NCBI GenBank assembly: GCA_965223005.1 | Contig: CBDCVK010000010.1 | Location: forward strand, 1,152,001 to 1,216,000 | From: Terriglobia bacterium | GTDB lineage: Bacteria > Acidobacteriota > Terriglobia > JAJPHL01 > JAPKYU01 | Length of the DNA: 64,000 nucleotides | Reading direction: 5' to 3' | Part shown: piece by piece, positions 48,366 through 58,472 of the stretch | Layout of the letters: each line of letters opens with the position of its first letter | Numbering within the stretch: position 1 is the first letter of the stretch | Position numbers and translations under genes: made by a program | The notes under the pieces: generated by a model | Seen by the model: only the letters and a program-made list of their open reading frames with translations | The model's database searches: none | What the model was told of the DNA's origin: nothing

Positions 48366-49309
48366 GCACTGGAACGCCCTTGGCGGTCTCTGTCGTCGTC
48401 GTCGTTGTCAGCTACAATTCTTCCAAATACCTCCCGCTGTGCCTGGATTCACTGCGCGGGGTGGGCGTCGAAATCATCGTCGTGGATAACGCGTCGACCG
48501 ACGATTCGGCTGCCGTGGCCCGCCGGCACGGGGCCAGAGTGATCGCCAACTCCGAGAACCGAGGTCTGGCTGCAGCGGCTAACCAGGGTGCGGGTGCCTC
48601 CGCTGCGGAGTTTCTGCTGTTCCTCAATCCGGACACAGTGTTGTTGGATGGATTCGCGGACTTGCTGCGTGCTGTGATTGAAGAGCCGCAGGCCGGAGCG
48701 GTTGCCGGCCTGTTGCTGGATGAGGCCGGGCGGCCGCAGGTCGGTTTCAATGTCCGTAGCCTTCCTAGTTTTGTGATGCTCGCCTGCGAGGCGCTTCTGA
48801 TGAACCGGCTTTGGCCGCGCAATCCTGTCAACCGGCGGTACCGCTGCCTGGACGTGCCGCTGGACCGGCCGGGCGAAATTGAGCAACCGGCCGGGGCTTG
48901 CCTGTTGGTTCGCCGGCGCGCCCTGGAGCAGGTGGGCTACTGGGACGAGCATTTTTACCCGCTTTGGTTCGAAGACGTTGACCTGTGCCTGAGGTTGCGC
49001 CGGGACGGATACCGTATCCTGTTTTGCCCGACCTGTCGCTGGCGCCACCACGGAGGGCACTCGCTGGACAGTATCTCATTTGCCCGAAAGCAACTTTCTT
49101 GGTACCGTAATCTACTCTATTACGTGCACAAGCACATGGGTTCCGCCGCCGCGCTGGCCATGAGACTGCTGGTATGTGCTGGCGCTGCCGCTCGTTGGAT
49201 GGCTACCTTGGTTGTTCCGAGCGGGCAGCACCGGTTGAACGCCTATTGGGCGGTGATGAAGTTGGCGCTTAGCAGACCGGCAAAACAGCCGCCGCCCCAC
49301 GTGGTTTGA
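48362..49309 (+). CDS. GT2 glycosyltransferase (WbbL-like)
   Basis: VDNASTD, FLNPD, GACLLVRR, FEDVDLCLR. Confidence 0.87.
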   Translation: MSTGTPLAVSVVVVVVSYNSSKYLPLCLDSLRGVGVEIIVVDNASTDDSAAVARRHGARVIANSENRGLAAAANQGAGASAAEFLLFLNPDTVLLDGFADLLRAVIEEPQAGAVAGLLLDEAGRPQVGFNVRSLPSFVMLACEALLMNRLWPRNPVNRRYRCLDVPLDRPGEIEQPAGACLLVRRRALEQVGYWDEHFYPLWFEDVDLCLRLRRDGYRILFCPTCRWRHHGGHSLDSISFARKQLSWYRNLLYYVHKHMGSAAALAMRLLVCAGAAARWMATLVVPSGQHRLNAYWAVMKLALSRPAKQPPPHVV

Positions 49310-50368
49310 ATGTCTTCACTGGTTAGCGTTACCCTCGTTACTTATAACAGCGGGCGCTACATCGGCCCCTGTCTGGAATCCATCTTCACCCAGCAGCACT
49401 GCCACCTGGAAGTGCTCGTGGTGGACAACGCTTCGCAAGACACCACCCGCGAGGTGCTGGCGCGTTACGCCAATCGTATTCAGATCATCTGGAACCCGCA
49501 AAACATTGGCTTTGCTGCCGCCCAGAACCAGGCGATTGCCGCCAGTACGGGCAGGTGGGTGCTGGTGCTCAACCCCGACGTGGTGTTGATCCCAAGCTTT
49601 GTGGCTATGCTGGTCAAAGCTGCCGAAGGACACGCCGACCCCCGTCTGGGCGTTCTGTGCGGCAAGCTGCTGGCCATGGAGCCGGGCCTGAGCCTTCCCA
49701 CCAATCCGCGGGTGGACTCGGCAGGCATCTTCTTCACTCCAACGCTGCGCCACTTTGACCGGGGCTCTGGCAAGCCGGACAATGGCAACTACGAGAGAGC
49801 CGAGTACGTTTTCGGGGCCTCGGCGGCGGCTGCCCTCTACCGGCGCGAAATGATCGAAGACGTCAGCCAGGAGGGGGAATTCTTCGATCCGGACTTTTTC
49901 TCCTACCGCGAGGACGCCGATGTGGCCTGGCGCGCCCAGCTCCTGGATTGGAAGTGCCTCTACGTGCCGGACGCCCTGGGCTACCATGCGCGAAGGGTGC
50001 AGCACTGGAACCGGGCCCAGGTGCCGCCGCAAATCAACATGCACTCGGTGAAGAACCGGTTCTTGATGCGCCTGAAGAACGTAGGTGCCTCCCTCTACCT
50101 GCGCAACCTGCTTCCCGTCACCGTGCGGGATTTGGGAGTGCTGGGCTACTGCCTGCTGGTGGAACGCTCCTCGTTGCCGGCCTTCTGGCTGCTCGGGCGC
50201 GCCTGGTCTCGCGCCTGGCGCAAGCGGCGCTGGATCCAGCAACGCCGGCGCGTGGCCGACCGCGAGCTGGCCCGCTGGTTCCGCTTTCGTCCGGTGTCCT
50301 TTCCCATGCGGGAACAGGTCGTTTCGGTCCCCGCCAGTTCCAGCTCACGACTAGGCGTCTCATCCTGA
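49310..50368 (+). CDS. GT2 glycosyltransferase
   Basis: VDNASQD, VLNPD, YREDADVAWR. Confidence 0.87.
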   Translation: MSSLVSVTLVTYNSGRYIGPCLESIFTQQHCHLEVLVVDNASQDTTREVLARYANRIQIIWNPQNIGFAAAQNQAIAASTGRWVLVLNPDVVLIPSFVAMLVKAAEGHADPRLGVLCGKLLAMEPGLSLPTNPRVDSAGIFFTPTLRHFDRGSGKPDNGNYERAEYVFGASAAAALYRREMIEDVSQEGEFFDPDFFSYREDADVAWRAQLLDWKCLYVPDALGYHARRVQHWNRAQVPPQINMHSVKNRFLMRLKNVGASLYLRNLLPVTVRDLGVLGYCLLVERSSLPAFWLLGRAWSRAWRKRRWIQQRRRVADRELARWFRFRPVSFPMREQVVSVPASSSSRLGVSS

Positions 50369-50425
50369 TTAGCTCCTGTCGGGGCTGACCGGCTCCTGTC
50401 GGGGGTGATTAGCCCCTGTCGGGGT
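50366..50425. repeat. Three tandem 20-bp repeats, consensus TGATTAGCTCCTGTCGGGG(N), filling most of an intergenic gap
   Basis: Units at 50366, 50386, 50406; the first unit begins with the upstream stop codon. Confidence 0.85.
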
Positions 50426-50444
50426 GCATGGCCGACATGGCTTG

Positions 50445-51554
50445 ATGAACATTGCCATTTTGGGAACCCGGGGCATCCCGGCCGCCTACGGCGGATTTGA
50501 GACGTTCGCGGAAGAGCTGGCTGCTCGCTTGGCGGCGCGAGGCCACCGGGTCTGGGTCTATGGGCGGCCGCATCGGGTTGGCTTCCGACTGCCGGGGGCG
50601 ACCCAATATCGCGGCGCCCACCTGGTCCTGCTGCCTTCCATCCCTCACAAGTACCTGGAGACGGTTAGCCATACCTTTCTCTCCGTGCTGCACCTGTTGT
50701 GGCGCTTGCGTGCAGTGGATGTGGCACTGGTTTGCAACGCCGCAAACAGCGTCTTTTCGTGGCAACCCCGCCTGGTCGGCGTCAAAACGGTGCTCAACGT
50801 GGATGGCCTGGAGCGGCTGCGCCGGAAGTGGAACGTGGCGGGCCGCGCCTACTACCAGGTCTCCGAATGGCTGGCCACCTGGTTGCCCACCGCCGTGGTC
50901 ACCGATGCCCACAGCATCCAACGCTATTACCTGGACCGCTATGGAAAGACCTCGCGGTACATCCCCTATGGAGCAACCTCGCCGGGGGAAGCCGGGACCG
51001 ATCAGTTAACCCGGTTAGGACTTGAGCCGGGCAACTATCTGCTCTACGTCAGCCGGCTGGAGCCGGAAAATAACGCCTTGCTGGTGGTGCAGGCCTTCGA
51101 AAAAGTCGCGACCTCCGCGCGGCTGGCTGTGGTCGGCGACGCCCCGTATGCTGCTGACTACATCCGCCAGGTCCGCCAGACGCGCGATCCGCGCATCGTG
51201 TTCCCGGGTGCCATCTACGGCGAAGGTTACCGGCAGTTGCGCGCCCACGCCCTGTTGTACGTCCACGCCACCGAGGTCGGTGGCACGCACCCCGCGCTGC
51301 TGGAGGCGATGGCGGCCGCCCGGCCTGTGCTCTACCTCGACACGCCGGAAAACCGCGAGGTTGCGGGCGAAGCAGGCCTCCCGTTCACCCATTCACCTGA
51401 AGACCTGGTCGAGAAGATAGGCTTTCTGCTGGCGCGCCAGGACGAGCGGCAACGCCTGGGCGCGCTGGCGTGTGAGCGCGCCCGGCGCCTGTATGATTGG
51501 GAGGATGTGACGACCGCCTACGAGCAGTTGTTCCAGGAATTGCTCAATAGCTAG
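50445..51554 (+). CDS. GT4 glycosyltransferase with DUF1972-type N-terminus
   Basis: IAILGTRGIPAAYGGFETF, NVDGLE, RLEPENN, VGGTHPALLEAMA. Confidence 0.9.
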   Translation: MNIAILGTRGIPAAYGGFETFAEELAARLAARGHRVWVYGRPHRVGFRLPGATQYRGAHLVLLPSIPHKYLETVSHTFLSVLHLLWRLRAVDVALVCNAANSVFSWQPRLVGVKTVLNVDGLERLRRKWNVAGRAYYQVSEWLATWLPTAVVTDAHSIQRYYLDRYGKTSRYIPYGATSPGEAGTDQLTRLGLEPGNYLLYVSRLEPENNALLVVQAFEKVATSARLAVVGDAPYAADYIRQVRQTRDPRIVFPGAIYGEGYRQLRAHALLYVHATEVGGTHPALLEAMAAARPVLYLDTPENREVAGEAGLPFTHSPEDLVEKIGFLLARQDERQRLGALACERARRLYDWEDVTTAYEQLFQELLNS

Positions 51555-51724
51555 GGCAGGACCGACAAGACGAGCAAGATAAGCATTGGCCCCCAGGTCC
51601 GGCTATCTGAGGCCAATCCTGCAAGTTTCAGAAACTTGCTTTGGCTGCGATTCCGATCCCGGACTCCCTGATAGGTGAGTTCAAAGGTGGTTCCCATTAC
51701 TCCGCAGCTCGGGTACATCCCTTG

Positions 51725-52240
51725 TCAGGCATTCGTCCTATTTAAGCCTTCGACAAACCCGAAGAGCTGGGATTCGGCGTCGCGAAGCGCGCCTTCATTC
51801 CCGTGCTTCCAGTCTCGGAAGGCGTAATAGAAACCGATGTGGCGCGTGCGCGGGAAGCGCCCGAACAGAATGGCCATGGGGTTGAAGTTCACATCCGGAG
51901 CCCAGTGGCGAAACACCCGCGCTGCAAACGGTTGCGTGCGCCTCCATGTGGCGCGGTCGGACCAGTCCAAGACCACCGCGTGGTCTGTTAGCAGCGGCAG
52001 CCAGTTCGTCTCAATGTACGCCTGCCATACCGGACTGCGAGAGTAAACCAGAAGGATACGCCGGCCGCGACCGACCCAGAGTAACTCGACAACGAGCCGT
52101 AGAAGTAGCCGATATGCCAAGTAAAACGGAAGGACGACCACCACGAAAAGTAGGACGTAAAGCATAAGAGGAACTGCAAGGGCGATGAACAGAATTTTGC
52201 GGATCCTTCCCGGCTTCTTTCCCGTTGTCTGATTGCTCAC
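51725..52240 (-). CDS. Hypothetical membrane-anchored protein, antisense within the glycan locus
   Basis: 171-aa ORF with N-terminal hydrophobic helix, filling an otherwise empty 870-bp gap. Confidence 0.6.
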   Translation of the reverse strand: MSNQTTGKKPGRIRKILFIALAVPLMLYVLLFVVVVLPFYLAYRLLLRLVVELLWVGRGRRILLVYSRSPVWQAYIETNWLPLLTDHAVVLDWSDRATWRRTQPFAARVFRHWAPDVNFNPMAILFGRFPRTRHIGFYYAFRDWKHGNEGALRDAESQLFGFVEGLNRTNA

Positions 52241-52421
52241 TCGAACTACCTAGCTCCAGGTTTCTGCTGGACTGGATAAGACCGGTCGCGGTCGGCCTAC
52301 CACAAAACCACCAGACAGCGGACTGGCGCGGCAACCGCATTGTTTCTCGCAGGCTGGCTAGCCATTCTCACTTGGCCACATCCAACCCTCACACTGTACA
52401 ATCACGGAATTAGCCAATTCA

Positions 52422-53483
52422 ATGATCACAGGATCAGCCCCAGAAGTTTCCGTAGTGGTGGCGAACTGGAACCGGCGCGACCTGCTGCGTGCATGCCTGC
52501 TCTCGCTACGTGCGCAGACCTTCGGCAGCTTCGAGCTGATCGTCGTGGACAACGGCTCCGAGGACGGCTCGCCGGCCATGGTGCTGGAGGAATTCCCCGA
52601 GGTCGTGCTCATCCGCAACGCCGAGAACCGCGGCTTCTGCGCCGCCAACAACCAGGGCATCCGCCAGGCGCGCGGGCGTTACGTCGCGCTGCTGAACAAC
52701 GATGCTGAGGCCGAGCCCCGCTGGCTGGAAGAGCTGCTTAGCGGCTTGCGCGCCGGGCCGGACGTAGGTATGTGCGCCTCCAAAATTTTGTTCTACGAAG
52801 CCCGCGGTGTCATTGACAAGGTCGGCCACCTGATCTACCCGGACGGGCAGAATCGGGGGCGGGGTTGTGGGGAGCCGGATCGCGGCCAGTACGAGCGCCC
52901 CGAAGAGGTGCTGCTGCCCGATGGCTGCGCCGCCCTCTACGACCGGCGAGTGTTCGAGAGCGCCGGCCTGTTCGACGAAGACTTTTTTGCCTACGGTGAC
53001 GACGCCGAGTTGGGTTTGCGCGCGCGGCTGGCCGGCTGGCGCTGTATGTACGTGCCTACGGCGGTGGTCTACCACCATCACTCGTCCACGCTGGGCCGTT
53101 TCTCGGAGCGGCGGCTGGTGCTGGTGGAACGGAATCGGGTGTGGCTGGCGGCAAAGCTGTTTCCCTGGCGCTTGCTCCTGCTGAACCTTTTTTACACTGT
53201 CGCCCGACTGGCGGCCAACGCCATGGCCGCCGCGCGAGGCCGCGGGGAAGCGGGCCAGTTCGCTGGTGAGCGCGGCTGGTGGCTGCTGGTGCGTTGCCTG
53301 TTGCGGGCCTATTGGCAGGCGCTGGCCGGGCTGCCCGGCGTGTGGCGCAAGCGCCGCCAGGTCCGCCGCGCCCGCAAGCTCTCGGACCGCGAGTTCCTGC
53401 GGCTGCTTCGGCGCTTCCGCATAAGCGCGCGCGAACTCGCCTTCCAGGCGAGACACTTTCCCGGATCGGCGGAGGCGGCATGA
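52422..53483 (+). CDS. GT2 glycosyltransferase
   Basis: VDNGSEDGS, LLNND, YGDDAELGLR. Confidence 0.87.
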   Translation: MITGSAPEVSVVVANWNRRDLLRACLLSLRAQTFGSFELIVVDNGSEDGSPAMVLEEFPEVVLIRNAENRGFCAANNQGIRQARGRYVALLNNDAEAEPRWLEELLSGLRAGPDVGMCASKILFYEARGVIDKVGHLIYPDGQNRGRGCGEPDRGQYERPEEVLLPDGCAALYDRRVFESAGLFDEDFFAYGDDAELGLRARLAGWRCMYVPTAVVYHHHSSTLGRFSERRLVLVERNRVWLAAKLFPWRLLLLNLFYTVARLAANAMAAARGRGEAGQFAGERGWWLLVRCLLRAYWQALAGLPGVWRKRRQVRRARKLSDREFLRLLRRFRISARELAFQARHFPGSAEAA

Positions 53484-54427
53484 ACAAGGCCGCCTCCTGC
53501 CCCTTGTGTGGGGCCGAGCAGCCGCGCCTGCGCTACCGGTGTTCGGACCGCTTGTTTCGTACCACCAGCGAGCAATTCCATGTGGTCGAGTGCGGTGCCT
53601 GCCGTGTTCTTTACCTTTCGCCGCAGCCATCCAGCGAGGAACTGGCGCGGTACTACCCTGAGGGCTACTGGTGGGGCGCGAGCCGGCAAGGAGGCATCGC
53701 CCGGCGGCTCGAGGGCCTCTACCGCCGCACGGTGCTGCGCGACCATGTGGCCTTTGTCACCCGCGCCGTCGGGCCGCCCCCGGCGCGCATCCTCGATGTC
53801 GGCTGCGGTACCGGAGATCTGATGGCCGCGCTGCGGCAGCACGGGTATTCTTGCATGGGGATGGATCATTCTCTGGCAGCGCTGGCGGCAGCGCAGACCC
53901 AGGGCGTGCCTGCGCTGCTCGGCGACTACCATGCCGCCCCGCTGGCGCCGGAAAGCTTTGACGCGGTGACCATGTTCCACTTCCTGGAGCACGTGCCCGA
54001 CCCGGGCTGCGCGTTTCGGTTTGCTCATCGACTCCTGCGATCGTCCGGACGGCTCATTGTGCAGGTGCCCAACGCGGCAAGTTGGCAAGCCGCCGCGCTG
54101 GGAGCACGCTGGAGCGGGCTGGACGTGCCGCGACACCTGGTGGACTTCCGCCGCTGCGACCTGGAACGGTTAGTGGAGCAAACTGGATTCCGAATCGGTC
54201 GGGTAAAACACTTCTCCCTGCGGGACAATCCTGCCGCGCTGGCCACCAGCCTGGCGCCGGGCCTGGATCCGATGGGGCGGTTGGTGCGGTGCAGGGAAGG
54301 GGTAGGACAGCGGCTGGCGCTGGATCTGGCCTACTTCGCGTTGGTGCTGGCGGCCCTTCCCTGGGCCATTGCCGAGGCCGTGGTCGGGCGCGGCGCTACC
54401 ATTATGTTGGAGGCCCAGAAGTGCTAG
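53480..54427 (+). CDS. SAM methyltransferase with N-terminal CxxC...CxxC
   Basis: CPLCG...CGAC, ILDVGCGTG, FHFLEHV, DVPRHL. Confidence 0.85.
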   Translation: MNKAASCPLCGAEQPRLRYRCSDRLFRTTSEQFHVVECGACRVLYLSPQPSSEELARYYPEGYWWGASRQGGIARRLEGLYRRTVLRDHVAFVTRAVGPPPARILDVGCGTGDLMAALRQHGYSCMGMDHSLAALAAAQTQGVPALLGDYHAAPLAPESFDAVTMFHFLEHVPDPGCAFRFAHRLLRSSGRLIVQVPNAASWQAAALGARWSGLDVPRHLVDFRRCDLERLVEQTGFRIGRVKHFSLRDNPAALATSLAPGLDPMGRLVRCREGVGQRLALDLAYFALVLAALPWAIAEAVVGRGATIMLEAQKC

Positions 54428-55149
54428 ACCCGCGCGTCCGTCGAGCCGCTGAGCGCCTCCTACCCCGCTTCTTGCTGCGCGCCCTGGATCCCTTTGAGAG
54501 CCGCGCCGAGGAGGCGCTGGCCGCCTTCGCGGCGTCGCTTCCGGAAAATTCCCGGGTGCTGGATGCAGGCGCCGGCCAGTGCCGCTACGCCCCTCTGTTT
54601 ACCCGCCACCGTTACCTGGCAATGGACAATGCCGTTGGAGACCCTTCCTGGGACTATTCGTGCCTCCACCTGCTTGGAGATCTGGAGCAGTTGCCGCTTG
54701 CGACGGCAGCCTTCGATGCCGCCATCAGCGTGGTCGTGCTCGAACACACACGGGAGCCGCAGCGCGTGCTGCGCGAAACAGGGCGCGTATTGCGCTCGGG
54801 CGGGCGGCTTCTGTTGGTGGTCCCCCAGGAATGGGAAGTGCACCAGGCTCCCCACGACTACTTCCGCTTCACACGCTACGGGGTGGAGTACCTGCTGGAG
54901 TGCGCGGGCTTGCGGGTGCGAAAATTGGAAGCGGTGGGCGGTTTCTTCTGGCTGATGGCCCGTCGCTCGGTGAACCTGCTCAGTTTCTTTCAGGGCGGGC
55001 TAAAGTGGCCGCTGTTCGTGCTGCTGGCACCGCTCTTCGGCTTCTTGATTCCCCTGCTGCTCTATTTCTGTGACCCGCTGGACCGCCAGCGCGACTTCAC
55101 CCTCGGCTACATCTGCGAAGCCGAGAAGGCCCCTGCCCCACCTCAGTAG
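54421..55149 (+). CDS. Class I SAM methyltransferase
   Basis: VLDAGAG, VLEH, HQAPHDYFRFTRYG. Confidence 0.85.
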   Translation: MLDPRVRRAAERLLPRFLLRALDPFESRAEEALAAFAASLPENSRVLDAGAGQCRYAPLFTRHRYLAMDNAVGDPSWDYSCLHLLGDLEQLPLATAAFDAAISVVVLEHTREPQRVLRETGRVLRSGGRLLLVVPQEWEVHQAPHDYFRFTRYGVEYLLECAGLRVRKLEAVGGFFWLMARRSVNLLSFFQGGLKWPLFVLLAPLFGFLIPLLLYFCDPLDRQRDFTLGYICEAEKAPAPPQ

Positions 55150-55211
55150 GTCAGTGGAAGAGTCACATAGACGCGCAGTCGTGTGGGGCTGAGGTAGGGC
55201 CAGCTGTGAGT

Positions 55212-56474
55212 TCAGCGGGGCGCACCGAGAGCGGAAATCTTGAGTTGCAACTGCTGGCGCGTGCGCGGATCAGTGGTGCGAGCCAGCGCCCGCCGGTAGT
55301 GGTCCAGAGCTTCGGTGAAGTTGCGCCGGCCGGCGTAAAGGTCGCCCAGCGCCTCCAAGGCTCCCGGTAGCGCGGGGTCGGTGGAGACGGCGGCCAGCAG
55401 TTCACTCTCCGCTTCGGCCTCTCGCCCCTCCTCCAGCAACAGCGTGCCCAACTCTTCGCGGACGGCCGAATTGCGCGGATCAACCGCCAGGGCGGCGTGC
55501 AATTCCTTTTTGGCCTTCGACTTCCGGCCGCTGCGCCGGTAGAGTCGGGCCAGGTTCAGGCGCGGGGCCACCTGGCGCGGGTCGGCGCGGACTGCTTTGC
55601 GGTAGTGCTTCTCGGCTTCCTTCGGGCGCCGTCCCATTTCGTAAAGGACCGCCAGGTTGTGGTTGGTGACCGGCCCGTCGGGATCCAGCTCCTGCGCGTG
55701 CTGCAATTCCCGCTGGGCCTCGAGGGCCCGGCCGACTTGCAGGTAAAGCACTCCCAGGTTCACGTGCAGGAAAGCCAGGCTCGGCGCATACACGGTGGCG
55801 ACCACCCACTCCCGTTCGGCGGATTCATACTCGCGGAGGGCGAAGTACGCCAGGGCCAGGTTGTGGCGGACGTAGACCCACTGGGGTGTGCGCTGGATGG
55901 CCATCTGAAAATAGGGCACAGCGTCCCCAGGCCGGTGTTCCATCAAGTAGGTGATGCCCAGGCCGTTGTAGCCGTAAGCGACATCGGGATCCAGCGCAAT
56001 GGATTGCCGCAGAAGCGGCCGGGCTTCCCGCCACAGCCCCTTCGCCAGCAAGGCCCGGCCACGGCAAAACTGATAGCTCGCGCGCCATACTCCCTGCTGC
56101 GGCTCCGATTCCGCAGCCCGTTCAAAGAAGAGTGCAGCGCGGTCAAACTCCTCGGCTGTGAGATTTCCTTCCAGCAAATCGGTGGGCCCGGAGGGACGCG
56201 GGTCCCGCGTCTGCAAGTACGCGCGCAGGGTTTCCTCCCCGGCTTCGCTCAGCGCCGCCACCAACGCCTGGCGGGCGGCGTTCTTCTCCGCTTCCGGCAG
56301 GTTTGACCGTTGCAGCCGCGCGTGGATTTCCCAGGCGCTCGATCCAGCCGGCTCCAGCAGCCGTTTTTGTTCCAGGGCTCGTTCCAGCGCGGAAACCAGC
56401 CCCGACGCAGTTTGCGCAAGGGAAAAGTGCGGGAACCCTACCAACACCAGAAGCAGGGGAAGTAACCGAGCCAA
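55212..56474 (-). CDS. Exported tetratricopeptide-repeat protein
   Basis: Signal peptide; multiple TPR units (YNGLG, HNLA, NLG). Confidence 0.8.
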   Translation of the reverse strand: MARLLPLLLVLVGFPHFSLAQTASGLVSALERALEQKRLLEPAGSSAWEIHARLQRSNLPEAEKNAARQALVAALSEAGEETLRAYLQTRDPRPSGPTDLLEGNLTAEEFDRAALFFERAAESEPQQGVWRASYQFCRGRALLAKGLWREARPLLRQSIALDPDVAYGYNGLGITYLMEHRPGDAVPYFQMAIQRTPQWVYVRHNLALAYFALREYESAEREWVVATVYAPSLAFLHVNLGVLYLQVGRALEAQRELQHAQELDPDGPVTNHNLAVLYEMGRRPKEAEKHYRKAVRADPRQVAPRLNLARLYRRSGRKSKAKKELHAALAVDPRNSAVREELGTLLLEEGREAEAESELLAAVSTDPALPGALEALGDLYAGRRNFTEALDHYRRALARTTDPRTRQQLQLKISALGAPR

Positions 56475-56627
56475 AGCTCAGCTAGTCTAGGTCAGCACTC
56501 CGGTTGGGGCAAGCACAATGATAGAAGCGACGGCCTTGTCTTCCCTGAGGAAGGAAACGATTCGGAGCCGTCGCTAGTGAGCAGGGTGGCTGGCCACGCT
56601 ACCTAAGGTTGCGTGAAGCGGATCAAA

Positions 56628-57206
56628 TCATGGGGCGGTGGGCTGCCGCATTCCCTCCCAGCGCTTCACGATCCCTACGTCGAGACCAAACAGATCGAGC
56701 ACGCGCCCCACGGTGTGGTTGACGATGTCGTCCACCGACTGCGGGTGGTTGTAGAAGGCGGGTACCGGAGGAGCGACGATAGCGCCCATCTGGGTCACCA
56801 TCTCAAGGTTGCGGATGTGCGCCAAAGTCAACGGCGCCTCGCGCACCAGCAAGACCAGGCGTCGCCGTTCTTTCAGTGTCACATCGGCCGCCCGCGCCAG
56901 CAGGTTGTCGCAGACGCCGGTGGCCACCGAAGCCAGGGTCTTCACCGAGCAGGGCGCGATGACCATGCCCTCGGTTTGGAACGAGCCACTGGACAGCTCG
57001 GCGGCGATGTCCTGCACCGGGTAGGAGCGGTCGGCCAAGGCCCGGACGCGCTCCACCGTGTAGGAAGTCTCCCAGGCGATGGTGCGTTCGGAGGCCCGTG
57101 AAATCAGCAGGTGGGTTTCCACACTGCGCTCGCCGCGCAGCACCTCCAGCAGGCGCACCCCGTAGATGGCGCCGCTAGCCCCCGAGATTCCGACGATCAG
57201 GCGCAC
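56628..57206 (-). CDS. ubiX: Flavin prenyltransferase
   Basis: IVGISGASG, SSGSF, APCSVKTL, RAADVTLKERR, PAFY. Confidence 0.93.
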   Translation of the reverse strand: MRLIVGISGASGAIYGVRLLEVLRGERSVETHLLISRASERTIAWETSYTVERVRALADRSYPVQDIAAELSSGSFQTEGMVIAPCSVKTLASVATGVCDNLLARAADVTLKERRRLVLLVREAPLTLAHIRNLEMVTQMGAIVAPPVPAFYNHPQSVDDIVNHTVGRVLDLFGLDVGIVKRWEGMRQPTAP

Positions 57207-57410
57207 GGGCGAATTATACCGCCCCCCATATCGGATTTCGGTGTCGGATTTTGGCGTCGAGTTTCGGCATGCGTTTCGACAGGCGATGAAACGGTCTGCG
57301 GGCGCTGGACTGCCGCCCCTGTTCAAGCCTTTGTGCAGGCCTTGTTCAGGCCTCGTCCAGGATTGCGGCTCCCGGCCAGGGATGCAGCGTGCCGGTGGTA
57401 GAATCGCGGG

Positions 57411-57725
57411 GTGGCGTCGCCTGTCTTTTCCTGCTTCAAGTGCGGGGAGGTTGTGCCTCTAGGATCGGGCAGCAAGGTGGGGCGCCGGGAAGCCTGCCCT
57501 AGGTGCTCGGCCGACCTGCATTGTTGCCTGAACTGCACCTTCTACGATCCTCATGCGCACAACCAGTGCCGCGAAACGCAGGCGGAATGGGTGCGCTACA
57601 AGGAAGAGGCCAACTACTGCGACTACTTCCGGCCGCTGCTGGCGGAGGGTCGCGGGGCAGCGGGCAAAGCCAGCTCCTCCGCTGAGGAAGTCCGCAAGAA
57701 ACTCGACAACCTGTTCAAGATCTGA
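57411..57725 (+). CDS. Small Cys-rich putative metal-binding protein
   Basis: CFKC, CPRC..DLHCCLNC.FY, C...ANYCDYF; ends LDNLFK. Confidence 0.7.
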   Translation: MASPVFSCFKCGEVVPLGSGSKVGRREACPRCSADLHCCLNCTFYDPHAHNQCRETQAEWVRYKEEANYCDYFRPLLAEGRGAAGKASSSAEEVRKKLDNLFKI

Positions 57726-57743
57726 GTTCGTAGGCCGTGTAAG

Positions 57744-58472
57744 ATGTCCTTTATGGATACGCAGCCGCGTCTTGTCCGTCGCTTCCTCAGCCTGGGGGTG
57801 GCGGTTGTGCTGTTGGGCGCGGCGGGCTGGGCGCAGTCGTTAGGTGAGGTAGCACGTCGCAACCGCGCCGAGAAAAGAACCCGGCCCAAAGCCACTCGCG
57901 TCTATACCAACGAGGATCTGCCCGGCGGCGGCGGCCTGAGTACCACCGGCACGGAAGCGAAAAGTCAGGTTCAGCAGGCCGAGACGGTCGAGGCGAAGCC
58001 AGGCGAGTCGTTGGCGCCCTTCGTCCCTTCGCCACAAATGTTGGTCGATCGGATGCTTCAGCTAGCCGAAGTCGGGCCCAGGGATACCGTCTATGACATG
58101 GGTTCCGGCGACGGCCGCATTCCCATCACGGCCGCGCGGAAATTCGGCGCCAATGCAGTCGGCGTGGAGCTGGACGAAAGCTTGTCCAAGCAGAGCCAGG
58201 CCCGCGTTAACCAGCTGAACCTTCAGGACAAGGTGACGATCATTCAGGGCGACATGCTGCAGGTGGATTTGAGCCCGGCCACCGTGGTTACCCTCTACCT
58301 GCTGACCAGCGCCAACGATAAACTGCGGCCGAGAATGGAGAAGTACTTGAGGAAAGGCGCTCGGGTCGTTTGCCACGACTTTGAAGTGCCTGGCTGGGAG
58401 CCGGACCAAGTCCAAAACGTGATTGAGGACGAGAACAGCCGCCGGCATGTGCTCTACCTCTACCGGCGGTAG
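57744..58472 (+). CDS. SAM methyltransferase with signal peptide
   Basis: APFVPSP, YDMGSGDGRI, ATVVTLYL, VVCHDF; N-terminal AQSLGEVAR...RVYTNEDL. Confidence 0.82.
   Translation: MSFMDTQPRLVRRFLSLGVAVVLLGAAGWAQSLGEVARRNRAEKRTRPKATRVYTNEDLPGGGGLSTTGTEAKSQVQQAETVEAKPGESLAPFVPSPQMLVDRMLQLAEVGPRDTVYDMGSGDGRIPITAARKFGANAVGVELDESLSKQSQARVNQLNLQDKVTIIQGDMLQVDLSPATVVTLYLLTSANDKLRPRMEKYLRKGARVVCHDFEVPGWEPDQVQNVIEDENSRRHVLYLYRR

Noticed and set aside
50366-50425. Possible mini-CRISPR array (also considered for 18268-18365)
   Set aside because: No unique spacers of CRISPR length, repeats too short or directly tandem, and no cas genes in the window.
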